Assembly: GCA_004764695.1 (NCBI GenBank)
Contig: SMSO01000032.1
Location: forward strand, 7,782,483 to 7,846,482
From: Schizochytrium sp. TIO01
Taxonomy: Eukaryota; Protista; Bigyra: Labyrinthulomycetes
Length of the DNA stretch: 64,000 nucleotides
Direction of reading: 5' to 3'
Shown here: in pieces, positions 35,734 through 48,900 of the stretch
Layout: each line of letters opens with the position of its first letter
Position numbering within the stretch: position 1 is the first letter of the stretch
Notes under the pieces: generated by a model
What the model saw: the letters and a program-made list of their open reading frames with translations, nothing else
Database searches by the model: none
What the model was told of the DNA's origin: nothing
Position numbers and translations under genes: made by a program

Positions 35734-36473
35734 ATATACTAGTTCTATATAGGTCGTACCTTAGAGCAAAATCGGACCTCCAAACTTAAATTTTATCTCA
35801 ACTTAAATCTGAGACCACCCCTCTTCAAGTTCTTTCTTGGTTATATTGGTACAAAAGGTTTCATTTGAGAAGCAAAGTAGTTCATAAAACAGCGACTAAT
35901 CTAAGTCTCTGACGATGGAGGCCATAAAGTTCAATATTCTGTGCCTGAGTTTGTTGTTGCCTCGACATGTAAGTATCGCACTTGTCAGAATCAACATCAA
36001 TGTTATAGATTAGTTCACATCACTATCATTAACATGGTAGGTTTAGATAATACTTAGCACTAGGTGCATACACTATGAGGCATTACTAAGATAGAAACAA
36101 GAATGAAAATAGTCATAGTTCACATCAAGCAGATAGAAGCGGGCGGTCTGCAGAAAGGTTTTCTGAACATTGCTTTGCTGGTGAGGTGGAGGAGTGAGAA
36201 GGGTGATCTCATACGCAACGGGGACCCTTACCTATAAATCAACGAGCTCAGGGAGCTGTGCCTTGCCAGAAGGAACTCGGTGACCTGGAAGGCTTAAACC
36301 TGCACTGCTTGCATTACAATCATCGTTGTTCTATCGACGCTTCGGCTGCGGAGGCAAGCCTGCTCTAGCAGGACACATTTGCTTGAAGAACTATTGAAAA
36401 AGATTCACATTTAAGCAAAAAGATTGTATAGACCTTTCCCTTAATCTAGCCATTTTCGTGGTGACTCAAAACC

Positions 36474-39470
36474 ATGGATTCACTCACGATGGAAACATTG
36501 CAATCTTTCGATTCACCTGATATTGACGTTAAGGCATGGGTCAACAGCTGCCTTGAGAAGGCCTTGGCATCACAAGAAACTTCTCCTAGCTTAAAGGAAG
36601 AAGAGCTGACCCAGGCAAAGGAGTCTGAAGAAGGCCTTAACGTTGCTGACCCTGACACCATGCCCTCGCACGCTGGACCTGCACCCCTTGAAGTACGTTG
36701 ACCGCAAATTAGCCTTGAGCAATGTGCTTTAGATATGGCACATCGAGTTAATCTCAGCCATTATCCTCTGCTATTGAAACTTTTCAGAAATATTGCATGG
36801 AGCAGTAGTATATTTTCTCTGCCCTGTGTGAACTGAAATTGAAATATTAAATTGAATAGCAGCACTGCCGGGTGATATACACGGCTTTTCTACCCTTGCT
36901 CTGCGATCCTGTAGCATTGATTCATCCAGGTAACTAACGCTTGCATGTCTATACTTTCTTGGCATACATCTGTGATTCCATGATGATTGTTTTCATTTCA
37001 ACAGAACCATCTGTCAGGAATACTAATTCGTTTGCAACAAGAGTCTCAAACTTTAAACAGTAAGCTTGAGGATCAGATGGCTCAACTCTTAGGGTCTATC
37101 CCGCGTGCTTTACGTGAAGTTGATCGAATCGGTCGTGACTCTACAGCCCTCCTTCGTGGGGTAAGTAAACTTGATACGCAGGTTACCTCTCTAGAACGCG
37201 CAGCTACGCCATCTGCGACAAATGGAGATTCAACAGTACATCTTAACGGTGTTGTGTCTAGTAGTGTTGACTCTAGCACCTCATTTGATGCAAGTACAAT
37301 TGAGACCCTTGAACATCTTCACACGATCAAAACAAACCTTGACCAAACAATTGGTGTTCTGGAACAGTCTGCAAATTGGAGTCGTCTTGCACGTGAAGTA
37401 GAGGAAGGTTTTGAAAGTCAAAATCTAGTAGGGGTTGCTCAGCGTCTTTCTTCCCTACGTGCAAGCCTAAGCCTCCTTGCAGGCATGCCTGGGTCAGAGC
37501 AACGTGAACATACGTTAGCGTCAATGGAGGAGCGCCTCGAAACTTTAATTGGGCCTGGTTTGCAAGATGCCATTCGCACGTGCCTTGCAAGTGAGGAAGA
37601 GGGAGAAAGCACTGAAAATGTCCAAGAGGCAGAGGAGCGTTTACAAGGCCTGGTCAAAGTTTTTGAGAAACTTGGTACAACGCAAAATCTTTGTTCTGAA
37701 TTTGCCAGTGCACGTGCGTCTTTTCTCCGCAAAGACTGGGAAAACTCAGTCGCATCTGCGTCCCGTGCGCAAGAAGACCTTGGGTCTTGGATTACTCGAT
37801 TCTACGAAAGGTTTGTTTCGGCTCTAGAGCGTGAAGCGTACCGCTGCGAGCGTGTTTTTGGAAAATCACTTGCTGGGTCCGTAATTGAAAGCATTGCTGT
37901 GGAGGGACTTCAGGTTATTGGTCCTGAACTGGAGGGACTTTTAGATAGCCTAAGCCTTGCCAGTGCTATAGAAATTTTCGAAAAAACATGTCAATTTGTA
38001 GACCAGGTTTGTCGAGTTTCCCATCAGCATGGGCATCATAGCAGCGGAACATCTCTTGCAGAAAGTGTGGCATACCCGTTTCGAAACTTGTTTGAACAAT
38101 ACAAAGAACTTGAACATCAAACAATGACCGAGGCTCTGATTTCACGTGCAGGTCATATTTCCGCAGCAACAATTCGAAGCCTCTTGGGGGATCCTGCTAC
38201 TATCACTTTGCCCCAGGCTGGATTAGAACGTTGTTCACGTTTGTCTCAAGGAACACTTTCACTTTCGTTTGTTTCTGCAGTCGACGAATTTTGGGCGGAT
38301 ATTTGCTTTAAAGCCGCACAGGTACTTAAACAAATGTTTAGCGATATCAATGAGACGTCGACAGAGTCTGATGAAGCTTGGGAGGAGCAAACGTCATCTG
38401 CTCTGAGCCTGTTGCATGAAGTTGCAGGCTTTGCTAGTAGGGTTAAACAATTTCGAGATCAGGATTTACGTACAAAAGTATCACGCCTTGCCTCTGAGGC
38501 AATTTCCCAACAACGTTCCGATGCTCAACATGCCACAGATACTTCACACCTGTGTTTGACGCATGTCAATGCGAAGGTCCTAGATACGCAAGCACTTTCG
38601 GCTTTGCAACGAATCATTGAAGACATCAACTTTTTACCTGAGCATTACCTTGCGCGATCTAGTGCTGCACTTAGCGATTTAGTCCAGATCGCTCAGACTG
38701 TAGCATACGAAACCATTATGGCTCCGATTCAGCGCGAATGGGTTCATATGGGGTCCATGCGTGTATGGTCCTTGCATACAGATGCCCAAGTGAAGGAATT
38801 TCCGAGTTCGGAAGAAGAAATGATCTCCGAATTTGGTTCTCCACTCCGATACATGACTCGAGTCGTCAAGGATCTGAGCAGTCTCGTTCAACTTCTTGAG
38901 CCCTTTGCAAGTAAAAATGCATCTTCAGATGTTCTGCCGGACCCGCATCAACTTGGCAAGCTGGAGCGGGAGTCTCTTGAAGAATTACTTCACCTAGAAG
39001 CAGATGCTCGCCTAACTTCCCTTCTGAAGGCCGAAGCAGAACATGATGAGCAAATAGCAGGTGGTATGACTGGCGATGAATTTGGGGACATGACAGGGGA
39101 TGGCGATTTTGATGACGATGACGAACCTCTGGATCAGTTCTCTCGCCGTTGGCTTAACGTTGTAGCTTTGGGTGCAAGCAACTCCCTAATTCTGCAAATA
39201 TCTCGTATTAGCCGCCTTGGAGATAAGGGTCGTCAACAATTGGCGGCAGATCTAAGCCAGCTTGAATACGTAATAAGTCTTATTGCCGCTCCTCATGATG
39301 CAATCTTAGAAAAATTACGCTCAACTCTGCAGATGTCTACACCTGAGCTAGAGCAAGCAGCTGTGGAAGCTGCTTCTTCTGGGCAAGATAGTCCTGTTGT
39401 GCATATTCAGCAACTGGTCCTAACAAAAGTTGTTGCTGCCGCCTCCGAAGCATCGGATTCGCAGATGTAA
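36474..39470 (+). CDS. COG7: Conserved oligomeric Golgi complex subunit 7; exons 36474-36692 and 37005-39470
   Basis: Exon 1 F.SPDIDVKAWVNSCL matches the COG7 N-terminus. Phase-0 intron GAA|gtacgt...ttttcatttcaacag|AAC with a ctaac branch-like site near 36933. Exon 2 has IPRALREV, P..YMT.V...L..L.Q.LEPF and QQLAADL.QL.YV...L. Confidence 0.85.
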
Positions 39471-40796
39471 CGAGATTTTAATTACTACTTGAAGGAAATT
39501 TTGATATTTTCTACTTCGTTAAAAAAAAACTATTATAGAAGTGTTAATGAATCAAATGAAGTCTGTGGTGTCATAAACAAGTTTGACAAAGCGCATTGCA
39601 AGATTGAACAAGGTCGCATCTGACCGATACTCCAAATCTCGATGTAAAATTTTCTGCATAGCCTCTGTAATTTTCTACATGCCGTACAACTTTAAAATGA
39701 AAAACAAAGACCTTGAAGGTAGCTAGCTCTTGATTAGTACGTAGCGTTCCTGCTACTGCTATCTTCAGTCGTGCACATCTTTATTGGGTGGATGCTCAGT
39801 TTGCTTATTTCTCATAAAATTGATTTTTGAAATAAGAAGTCTTCCTTTTGGAGCTTTCGCTTGATTATGTTGTATTTTGGTTTAGAACGCTCTAAAAACC
39901 TTCACAATCGAATTTGTCATTGTCTCATTGTGAAGTACAATTATCTTATCAACAGATATTTGGTGAAAATATGAGGACAACTTGAAGGAAAAATCAATTT
40001 ATTTCATTTTTAATTAGTTAATTTTAAATTCTATTTTAAAAAAAAGAGGGAAACTGTTCATATTAGTTTCTTCTTCAGATTATTCTCTAATTTATGATTT
40101 TAATTCAAATAAATAAATAAATGTATATATAAAAATATATTCATATATTTTTACTGGCTGTATGTATATATGATTTATAAACTCTAGTCCTAGGTCTCTT
40201 TCTAATATAATTTACATAGAAAAAAAGAAAAGAAAAGAAAAGGTCTTAAGACTGTAAATACTACTACTAGTGTATGAATATCGAGACTATAGTGAAAGAC
40301 GATGGAATCCAGATTAACAAAAGTGTTTAAATTCAAAAGGTCCGTTGACCCGTTCTCAGCGAAAAGTAGAATTAGTTAATACACAACGAATGGGAGTTGG
40401 ATTCTCAAAACGCTCAGTTGATCAATTCATCAGGAATTTCTTGCGCGGCAAGGAGTAATAGACGCATTTACAAAGCCGCACCGCGATCGTGCGCGCTTTG
40501 AGCTGGGTTTCGTTGGCGGTTTGCAAAAGGCGCTTGGCTTGGTGGGACGAGCAGGACCTCCTTGGTTTGCCCACGCAAGACAACAGCTAAAGAAAGTAAA
40601 CCGCGAGGGAAAGCAAAACAAATAGTCTTTAATATTCATTTTTTAAGTAGGCCCCAAGTTAAAGCATCTGCGACGTCCTGAGCAACTCAAACCGTTGGCT
40701 ATCACGGCCTGTTACCCAGCGTTGCAAAACTTGAAAGGAAAGTCACATCCGCAATAGAGAAAGTTGCTCGTCACGATAAACAACTTGAAATTCACA

Positions 40797-43088
40797 ATGG
40801 CTAGTCAGGCTCAGACTCAAACCCAAACGCGGGTACAGCCTCGGCAGCAACAAACGCGCCGCTTTGATCAGGTTTATGACCCAACTTACACCTGTAGTGC
40901 AGAACGTGATCATGTCCGTGCAATGTCACGAGCACAGAATAGTTCCGTCACTAGAGTACCTGATCGTCAAAACTATTTCTCAGAAATTCCAACCAAGTAT
41001 AAAAACTTCGTCATGGTACAACAAACCAAAAGTGATTTACCATCTCATGTTCAAACAGATTATCGAGGGAGCACGAATGACGCACATTATGTAAAAGCCG
41101 CTAGCTCACTTAGTGCTGTAAGTGGGAAGAATCGGCATAAATATTTCAAGCGACCAGTCGTGCCAATCTTACACAGTGCACCACCCGAGATTCTGCTGGC
41201 TCAAGACGGCTGGCAGGTAGAAAGTCGTGATGAAGATTCAAGTGGAGCCTCGTCAAAGAGAGAACTATCATCAAAGCACTACTCAGCTGATGTTGTAGAA
41301 GAAGTAGATGGACAGGTTACTCAAGGGACACAAACTATCATTCGAGATTCTGAAGCTCAAACAGATCCTTATACACCAGATCATTATATCCCAGCAGGCG
41401 CAGACCCAGAGCCTGAAATTCTTGAGCTTGCTCACTTGAAATTCGGTCAAGGTCTGCCGATCACACAACAAGAAGTGATGATGATCGAGCGAGCAAGATT
41501 TAAAAAGCAATTCTTGGCTGCATTGCCTCCTATCACTGATGAAGCAAGCTTCAATCTTCGTAAGAGAATGATGGAAGAACAAGAGCTCCGCGAATTCAAA
41601 TACCGCGAAGATGAAATTGATCGTCTCCAATCAGAACACTTGCGCCTGCTCAGAGAGGCGCTTGAAGAAAGAGAAGCAGAAACAGAATTTCTTTCAGAAC
41701 AACGTTTGGTGGCGATGCGGCAGCAAAGGCTTCAGGAAAAAGATCAGAAATTACTAGCTATTCAAAAACAACGAATCAAACATCTGCGGAAGCTGGCGCG
41801 CTCTCGGGCAGGCGTCTGTCCAGTGCGATCAACACATGAAGTTATTGATGAATACAGTAATTTCGCATCTAAAACATATGCACCTTTGCTTCGTGATGGT
41901 GTCTTTAACCCTAGCAAGGTAGATTCACAGCAAGCTGCTCGAACAGAATTACCAAATGATCTTGGGATGTTCATGCAGCTTGAAGCTTTGGTTGATCCTC
42001 GTAAATCTGAAAGTGGTGCCGCCAAGAGCCGTAGAGTCAAAGCAAATACATCTCGAGAAGCCCCTGCTGCCAACAGAAAACAGCAACATCTCGTACACCA
42101 CCTGGAATGGATGGATGCTTTGATTAAATCTCGTAAGAAACATGTTGAGGGTGAAGGAGATAGCTCGGGTGATGCTACAGATGAGCAAGATACACAAACC
42201 CCGATGTGGCGAAAACGTGCAGAAAAGCTGGAGCGTCCTCCCACGCCGCGCGTGGCGCGTGCGAAGGAGTGCAGTCAGCTTGCAAAGTCTCATGAGGTGA
42301 TAAATGCTGTTGCACTGTTGCAACGTCTCTTGCGTGGCCGTGCTATTCAGACGATGATGATGGAGGGCAAGAGCAAACGCTTGGAGCTCATTCGGGAGTT
42401 GCGCACAGAAGAACTTGCTGAACAAGCTCTTCAAGACGATCAAATTTCAAATATTAATGAGGAGCCCCAATTTAATACAAATTCGTTACTTGCGAAAGAT
42501 ATTGCCAAGAAGTCGGCGACAGAGGCTATCCAAGGTGAGGTAGTGTCCACGACCCTGGATCTCCTAGCTAAAGAACTAACCCATGTTGAGCAAGAGCAAC
42601 AGGTTCGTGTTCTTGCAGAAGCGGCAATTGAGAAGCGCAAGCGGCGAGAAGTAATTCAAGCAGGTACCCGCCAAGCAGAGCATATGCGAAGAAAACGTGA
42701 TGATGAAGTATATCGTCAACTCATGCTTGTTCATCAGGGTACTGTGGACAGTCTTTTTGATGAAATGCTTGCAGGAAGTATTGAGGAGGCTGCAACACAA
42801 ACAGCATTAAGTGAAATTCTTCCTGGTTCGCTGAGTCAGACAGCTTCTTCACTTGAAAACTCAAAGCAAAACCCGGCGTCATCAGACAAGGAGGTAGTTC
42901 ATCAACTTGTCTCATCATTCTTACTTCCTCATGTACAGCGTGAGTCAGTACGTCAGCAGATCCAAGCAGAGGAGCGACGGTTTGTCGAAGCTGCACATCG
43001 TTCTATATATGAAGTTTTATCAGGTTTTGATGAACATGATATCAATAAAGAGTCTGCTACCTCTTCTTCAGATGACAGTTCCGAATAA
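40797..43088 (+). CDS. CFAP91: Cilia- and flagella-associated protein 91 (MAATS1/AAT-1)
   Basis: YDPTYT.S.ERDH, VSGKNRHKYFKRP, GTQT..RDSEAQTDPYTPD, PEILELAHLKFGQGLP...EV.MIERAR, LP.I.D...F..R.RMMEEQE, IQ-like LLQRLLRGRAIQ. First ATG is 40797. Confidence 0.88.
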   Translation: MASQAQTQTQTRVQPRQQQTRRFDQVYDPTYTCSAERDHVRAMSRAQNSSVTRVPDRQNYFSEIPTKYKNFVMVQQTKSDLPSHVQTDYRGSTNDAHYVKAASSLSAVSGKNRHKYFKRPVVPILHSAPPEILLAQDGWQVESRDEDSSGASSKRELSSKHYSADVVEEVDGQVTQGTQTIIRDSEAQTDPYTPDHYIPAGADPEPEILELAHLKFGQGLPITQQEVMMIERARFKKQFLAALPPITDEASFNLRKRMMEEQELREFKYREDEIDRLQSEHLRLLREALEEREAETEFLSEQRLVAMRQQRLQEKDQKLLAIQKQRIKHLRKLARSRAGVCPVRSTHEVIDEYSNFASKTYAPLLRDGVFNPSKVDSQQAARTELPNDLGMFMQLEALVDPRKSESGAAKSRRVKANTSREAPAANRKQQHLVHHLEWMDALIKSRKKHVEGEGDSSGDATDEQDTQTPMWRKRAEKLERPPTPRVARAKECSQLAKSHEVINAVALLQRLLRGRAIQTMMMEGKSKRLELIRELRTEELAEQALQDDQISNINEEPQFNTNSLLAKDIAKKSATEAIQGEVVSTTLDLLAKELTHVEQEQQVRVLAEAAIEKRKRREVIQAGTRQAEHMRRKRDDEVYRQLMLVHQGTVDSLFDEMLAGSIEEAATQTALSEILPGSLSQTASSLENSKQNPASSDKEVVHQLVSSFLLPHVQRESVRQQIQAEERRFVEAAHRSIYEVLSGFDEHDINKESATSSSDDSSE

Positions 43089-43602
43089 AATATGCTGGGC
43101 GCGATAGTGTTTGCTCTCGAAATTCATGAGGTTAAAAAAACAGGTGCCCATTAATACACTTCTTAGGCCAGCCCAGCTAGAAAAATAGTACAGTGCAACA
43201 ATACCACCATGATTCGGTAATCTAGAGATTAAGGACTAATGTTTAAAATAAAAGAAATCTGTAATGCTTTAACGCTCCGAGATTTCGCGCAACGCTGATA
43301 GCTCATCATAATTGCGCAAGCCATACTATATAAAGACGAGTACGAGTTTGGAAATGTTAAATAAGTTCAGGATATTCAAAGGAGTATAGCCTACATATTA
43401 ACTGTTACTGGATAGAAACTATTCTTGCAGTTCAGAAATATTAAATGCCATAATTCTGGGAACTGATTATTCGCCACAATTTGAATGGGTAGCAAAGCAA
43501 TCAAAGAAAACACGATATACCTTTTGTGTGCGTTGTTACGCTTTTATCTTTAGTGACCTAAGTGATGAACGAAAGGATAGCTGGAAAAGAGCCGAGGGTA
43601 TT

Positions 43603-44388
43603 TCAAATATCGCTACGAATGACCTTTGCTGGCACACCTGCGACCAGTGAGCGACTTGGAATGTCTCGCACAACTACACTACCTGCAGCAATAACACACT
43701 CATCGCCGATGGTAATACCCGGAACTACAATTGCACCAGCACCAAACCAGCAGTGCTTGCCAATATTAATTGCACCACCGAATTCGGGAAACGGTGGGTT
43801 GTGACGCTCGCTTGCCTTGATTGGGTGGTTAGGTGTAGCAAGTTGGCACCCCGGTCCGAACATCGTTCCATCCCCGATGGTTACAGGGGCACTATCGAGA
43901 ATGGTACAACCATGATTGAAGTACACATTTGAACCAAGCTTGAGGTTATAGCCGTAGTCGCAGTGGAATGGGGACTCGATGAACGGGAGAGACTCGGGGT
44001 CAAATTCACCTACCAGTGTTTGAATCACATGGTTCCGGAGGTCTCTCTGCTCGTGCAAGGTAAGTCTGTTGAGAAGTGCACAGCCGTCATGACCCAACTC
44101 GCGTTCCCAAAACAATTGCTCCGACCAACAAGCGTATGCTTCACCATTAATCATTTTTTTCTTTTCCTCACCATATTCTGCTTGCCTTGCTGCTTTGGTA
44201 GCCTCGTCCCATTCTGCGATACGAGTCTCGAGCGTCGGAGAGACACCAGAAGCGCTTTTAGTTTTCTTGCAATCCTGATTTTGCTTCTGTGAAAGTTTCA
44301 CCACAAGCGCCAGTGCTCCGCTTGCAATTGCGATGGCTGCGCAAGAGGCATACAAGGCAGCAGATTCGTTTGGGCGATGAGTACTCAT
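43603..44388 (-). CDS. maa: Maltose/galactoside O-acetyltransferase (left-handed beta-helix) with N-terminal hydrophobic extension
   Basis: EKKKMINGE.Y, FIESPFHCDYGYNLKLG, TIGD..MFGP.CQL.TPNHP, IG..CWFG.GA.V.PGITIG, GSVV.RDIP...LVAGVPAKVIR. Confidence 0.9.
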   Translation of the reverse strand: MSTHRPNESAALYASCAAIAIASGALALVVKLSQKQNQDCKKTKSASGVSPTLETRIAEWDEATKAARQAEYGEEKKKMINGEAYACWSEQLFWERELGHDGCALLNRLTLHEQRDLRNHVIQTLVGEFDPESLPFIESPFHCDYGYNLKLGSNVYFNHGCTILDSAPVTIGDGTMFGPGCQLATPNHPIKASERHNPPFPEFGGAINIGKHCWFGAGAIVVPGITIGDECVIAAGSVVVRDIPSRSLVAGVPAKVIRSDI

Positions 44389-44559
44389 GTTTAGTGCACT
44401 CTCCTCTTATCGTGATCTTCACCAATAGGCTTTGCTTTCTGCTATGCGCTATAACAACTACATTGGCCTCGAAACGAGGCGGGTTGCTTCAAGTTGTTTG
44501 TGCTTTGCTTTGCGCAAACTGGTCAGCTAGCCTCCTCCTATACTGATTAGGGAGGTGCT

Positions 44560-45920
44560 GAAGGTGACTAGTAAAGATATTTCTGGTACAGGAACAGCTG
44601 GAGAATATGGAATAGAGCCTTTAAAGTACGAAAGATTCTTACCTATTGTATTACGAGTCGTGCACGGCAGGAAAACCTAGAGTACCTGTCTGGGTGGTGC
44701 AACAGTACAATATCTGAGATAACCAAGCTGACTCCAGAGTTTTCAACATTATCTCATATGAATGGACTGGAGGTTGAAGATTTTACTATCGGAGTTAATA
44801 ACAAAGGTGGCATATAAGGTCTGAGAATATTGAAGAGCTTATGGTTGAGGGTTGCATCAAGAAAATATTTCTAGATGTAGATCCAGAGCCTGGCAAGCGA
44901 GTTTTATGGCTAAGAGACTGACATTACTCTCGCCTAAGTATTAGTCTGATCAAAAGGCTTCAAAAAGAGGGCATTGTTCTTGCAGGCTGACTTCCTAACA
45001 CTTACACAACTTCATTATCCCAGAGTCCAGATGTACAACTTTTTGGCGCTTTTAGCAAAGCAAGCTTCTGCTGAAAATTTCGAATGCTGCCTAAATTCCC
45101 CAAGAGTTGTTAGCTTGGCTAGTCAAGCTCTTGTAGAAACATTCACGATCAAAAACTGCTTGCTTGGCCTTCGAAAGACGGGAATGAGTCCGGTAGATCG
45201 GCACTCTTTTTTTAGCCATCCTTCGATTCAGGACAGTGATCGATTGTACTGCGCGAGTCGTGAAGTACAAGGTGGTTTGATACCTCAATTGCTGAGGGGC
45301 CCACTCAATCTGAAGGCAAGTGGTCATATAAATTCAGACCAGGTCGCCTCAAATCTATGTTGTGTGAAACTATAGAGCGAGAATCCAACTGTGAAGCAGG
45401 AACTGCATCCCCAAGTTTAACTTTCTCTGAAATAGGATCCCTAGATGTTTCTTCAAAACATTCGTTTATATATACATCAATATCCCAGCGATATGATAAA
45501 GAGCTTGGGGTATACCGATAGGTCCGGGATATTAAAGACCCGTAAGAGATCATTCGCATGTCAAATGATCTTGTTGCTCAGGTCCCACAATTTAAAGAGC
45601 TTATCAAAGCAAACCATAAAAGAGCCACTGAAGAGAAGAGAAGAGAGTCTGAGTCTTTGAAGGAACTACGAACAAGGACCATCATAACAAAGTTGGAGCT
45701 ATTGTAGATAAAATCACAGCTTTAGAAAAAGATACAAAAGCTTTAAAAAAGAAGATTGCACTCTGCGAACATACAAAGCAGCGCGAACTCGAGAGATTGG
45801 AGATAGAGCCAATAGACATTAAAAACAACAAGATGAAGCAGTAAAAGAGCTCACGATGAAAAACACCAAGGGTATTTCAAGTTATGAAGAGTGGTTTAAA
45901 GACTTACGGAGGAATCTTTT
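44560..45920 (+). mobile_element. Decayed pogo/Fot1-like (DDE_1) DNA transposase pseudogene
   Basis: Manual translation across frameshifts gives FTIGVNNKGGI / ...IFLDVDPEPGKRVLWLRD*HYSRLSISLIKRLQKEGIVLAG*LPNT.TTSLSQSPDVQLFGAF / ETFTIKNCLLGLRKTGMSPVDR. This matches the DDE_1 pattern LL..DGH.SH...I.L..LP..TT..LQP.DV..FG and the downstream F..TG..P. Stops at 44919 and 44988. Boundaries approximate; TIRs not found. Confidence 0.75.
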
Positions 45921-48900
45921 GAACCCTCTTATATCACAGATACATATCCAAACTTTTGAATTTCCTCGGCGTTTGTCCAGCATATACAACAAGACAAACT
46001 TTAGAAAAATTATTTTGTGAAGTCGGGTGTATTATATGAACTGCCTTCAATCTATGCATCTGTATCTTGAGACCATAATGTACTTATGCAGCGCATCGCT
46101 GAAACATCAGAGCGTCTGACATCTAGGAACTCAGTACTTTGGTTACCACTCGAAGCTAGTGCCAAGGACAGCAGGTCACCAAGTCATAAACTTGAAATCT
46201 TTACACTCAACATTCTTGACCTCATCTTAATATCCAAGATTGTTCTTAACAATACCCACTTTTTAACAGTGGTGCCGCTAAAAAGCTTCTATTGATGTCA
46301 GGATTAAATAAATAATGTAGAGATCTATGCTTTAATTTTGGGTCATTGCTAAAAGAAAAATCTGGTCAGTTGGAGGTTAACTATGAAGATGAATGCAAGA
46401 GTCTCGATGAAGATTTTAAGAAGGTTTGTCTTAAGGGCTAGTGAACTGTTGTCCTGTGAAATTAAATTCCAAGGCAGACTGATTAAATGTAAGAGACTAG
46501 GACATACTTGAACAATGTTAGACAGAGTTGACGGGGTTCGGTTTGCTCCTCTCTTCAACCACCAATCCAGATTCAGATTACGATGCTTGCTTTAGGGAGT
46601 GTGTAAGCAATCTTTTGGTTCTTGACTTTTCAAACTTGCAGGTCTGGTTACCTAGCTCCATATTATAGCAAGCCTTATATCCACGAGGTCGTAAAAAATG
46701 GACGCGATGGACTCGAAGAATTTCTTGTCCCTAGCTCCTTCGATTGGAGATCTCAGCCGTCGCCAGAGACAGACTTGCGACCTTCGTGTGAGATTAGTTG
46801 TTTAGTCCCTGATTTGGATATCATCATTTGCATATCCAATATCGCGTTTGGCGACACTTGAGATCTACTTATCCTACCTCCTGGGTCTGCCACGTGAGAT
46901 AAGGCAAAGACGCTTTTGAAAAGCCACTTCAATAGGCTAGAGTGGTAGCTGAGATGTCTTAATTTTGCTGTACAAATCTTAGGGTAAGATATCTCGTTCT
47001 GGATAGTCTCCCATCCCAAACAATCTCTTAGTATCAGCGTTTCAGCATATCAGCGTATCCCATCATTCTACATAGTTGTAGGTATCAGCAAGAGTAGTTT
47101 TGCTGTTTTTTTAACGATTCAAGGTATTCAATTGCACTTCTTAAATAAAGAATTGTTCGCCAGTGCCTCTCGATTTTTACTGACACCGTTAGAAGAAATT
47201 TCCCAGGATTCCAATGTATCAAATTTGGAGGATCAGTGAGTATCTTCATAACATTTATGGTTTGATGTAGCAGAGCAGGTTTTGTTACATGGGAGTGGTG
47301 AAAATCCAATGACGTAACGTATAAAAAAAGTGACAACTCCCGCGTCACGAAAAGTCTAAAGTCTAGTTTTCTCTCAATAATTATATAGTTCGCCTCGGAG
47401 CAATCCATATCCTGGTTAAGTAAACGAAAATAATGATATGATGATATCACATATAGCCATATCTGCTTATCTGCTTGTGTATCAAGTAACATTCGCATCG
47501 AACAATTGTCTTGCCGAGATGATCTGTACGAATTTATCAATAAAAAATCCTACCTGAATGAATCACAGGAGTTCACAAAACCCTCACGAGATATTGTTTT
47601 TCACTTGACCTTGAAATCTAGATAACACGTTCAAGGCGTTCGACTAATCAAAGCAATGATTAATGTGAAATAATAACCACCGAACAAGAGACATTATCCA
47701 TTAAATCATATATTCTAGAGATCTGTACTAAATTTAAAGATTATGCTCAAGTCTCTGTGTTCATAGCTTGCCTAGTCATAAGTTCTTCATGTCAAAAGTG
47801 AAAGAAGTAGAGCACAATATTGAATTTTCTGATATTACCATGAGTAAACTAAGACGCTAGACAATACGGAGGCAGTATGTAGGGCTCGAGATATGAACAG
47901 TGTGAGCCTTAGAGCAAGCGCAATATTAAGAAAAGCCCGTTGTAGAAACAGACACTGGGACTTTGAATGCCGTTTCTAAAAGTGGGCTGCTGCAAAATAT
48001 GCTAAGAACCCTCTTTGAACTAGCGCACGGTTTTGAAACTAACCTACCACAACCTGAGTAGTACCTCCCTACCTCCATATTAACTTGGAGACCTAATGAG
48101 TATCCACGTTGGTGTGCCACTAGCCAGCCAGCCATCAATTGATCTCACCCAGCCTGGCAATGCTCGAAACGGGCGCCAAAATCGTCTGCTCTGAGATAGA
48201 ACTACCAAGAAGAATAAAAGTAATTAGGTGCCTAGGTACTACTAAGTACTTGTATAATAAAAATGAAGAGAAGCAAAGTCATAGTGTGCTGTGTTTTCCT
48301 CTTGGAGAGACACAGTTGTGCACAGAAGTTGACAGGAAAGAAACATATTTAACAGTCATAATCATCCCACCATGCGATTGTCACTTTTACTTGACAAACA
48401 GGTTTCATCAGGTTGCAAACGAACGAAGAAAACACGAGACGGTGACAATCAATGGAAGGTCTGGAAAATGAAAAGCAGAAATGAGCTTTTCTATCACGTA
48501 CTTAGACAAATATTTACACAGCGAGTTGTGTTGAGGTTTACTCACAAAAAAGCCAACGTCATCCGGCCAACTTAGAGACTCTGATATAAAATTCTTTTCT
48601 TCAGGTGAAAGGTAAAGAAAAGGAATTCCTCATCTCATGACCTAGTCTTGCTTCGCCCAGATTGTTTGCCAGTAAAGGATTGTTGTGAGGAGGCCAATCT
48701 TAGATCATGATGAATCATGTTAGTTAAAATTTAAAAAACTGGCAGTTCGTTGCGCAATGGCCAGAAAATGCCTATAGGTATCTAGGACATATACTTTGGG
48801 ATGTCTCAAAGCCGTGATTTATCTTGGTGTTATTGGGTTTAAAGTGCCCCCCCCCTTGGAGACCAAGAAAGGCAGTAGTAACCTTCTACTAGAAAACTTT

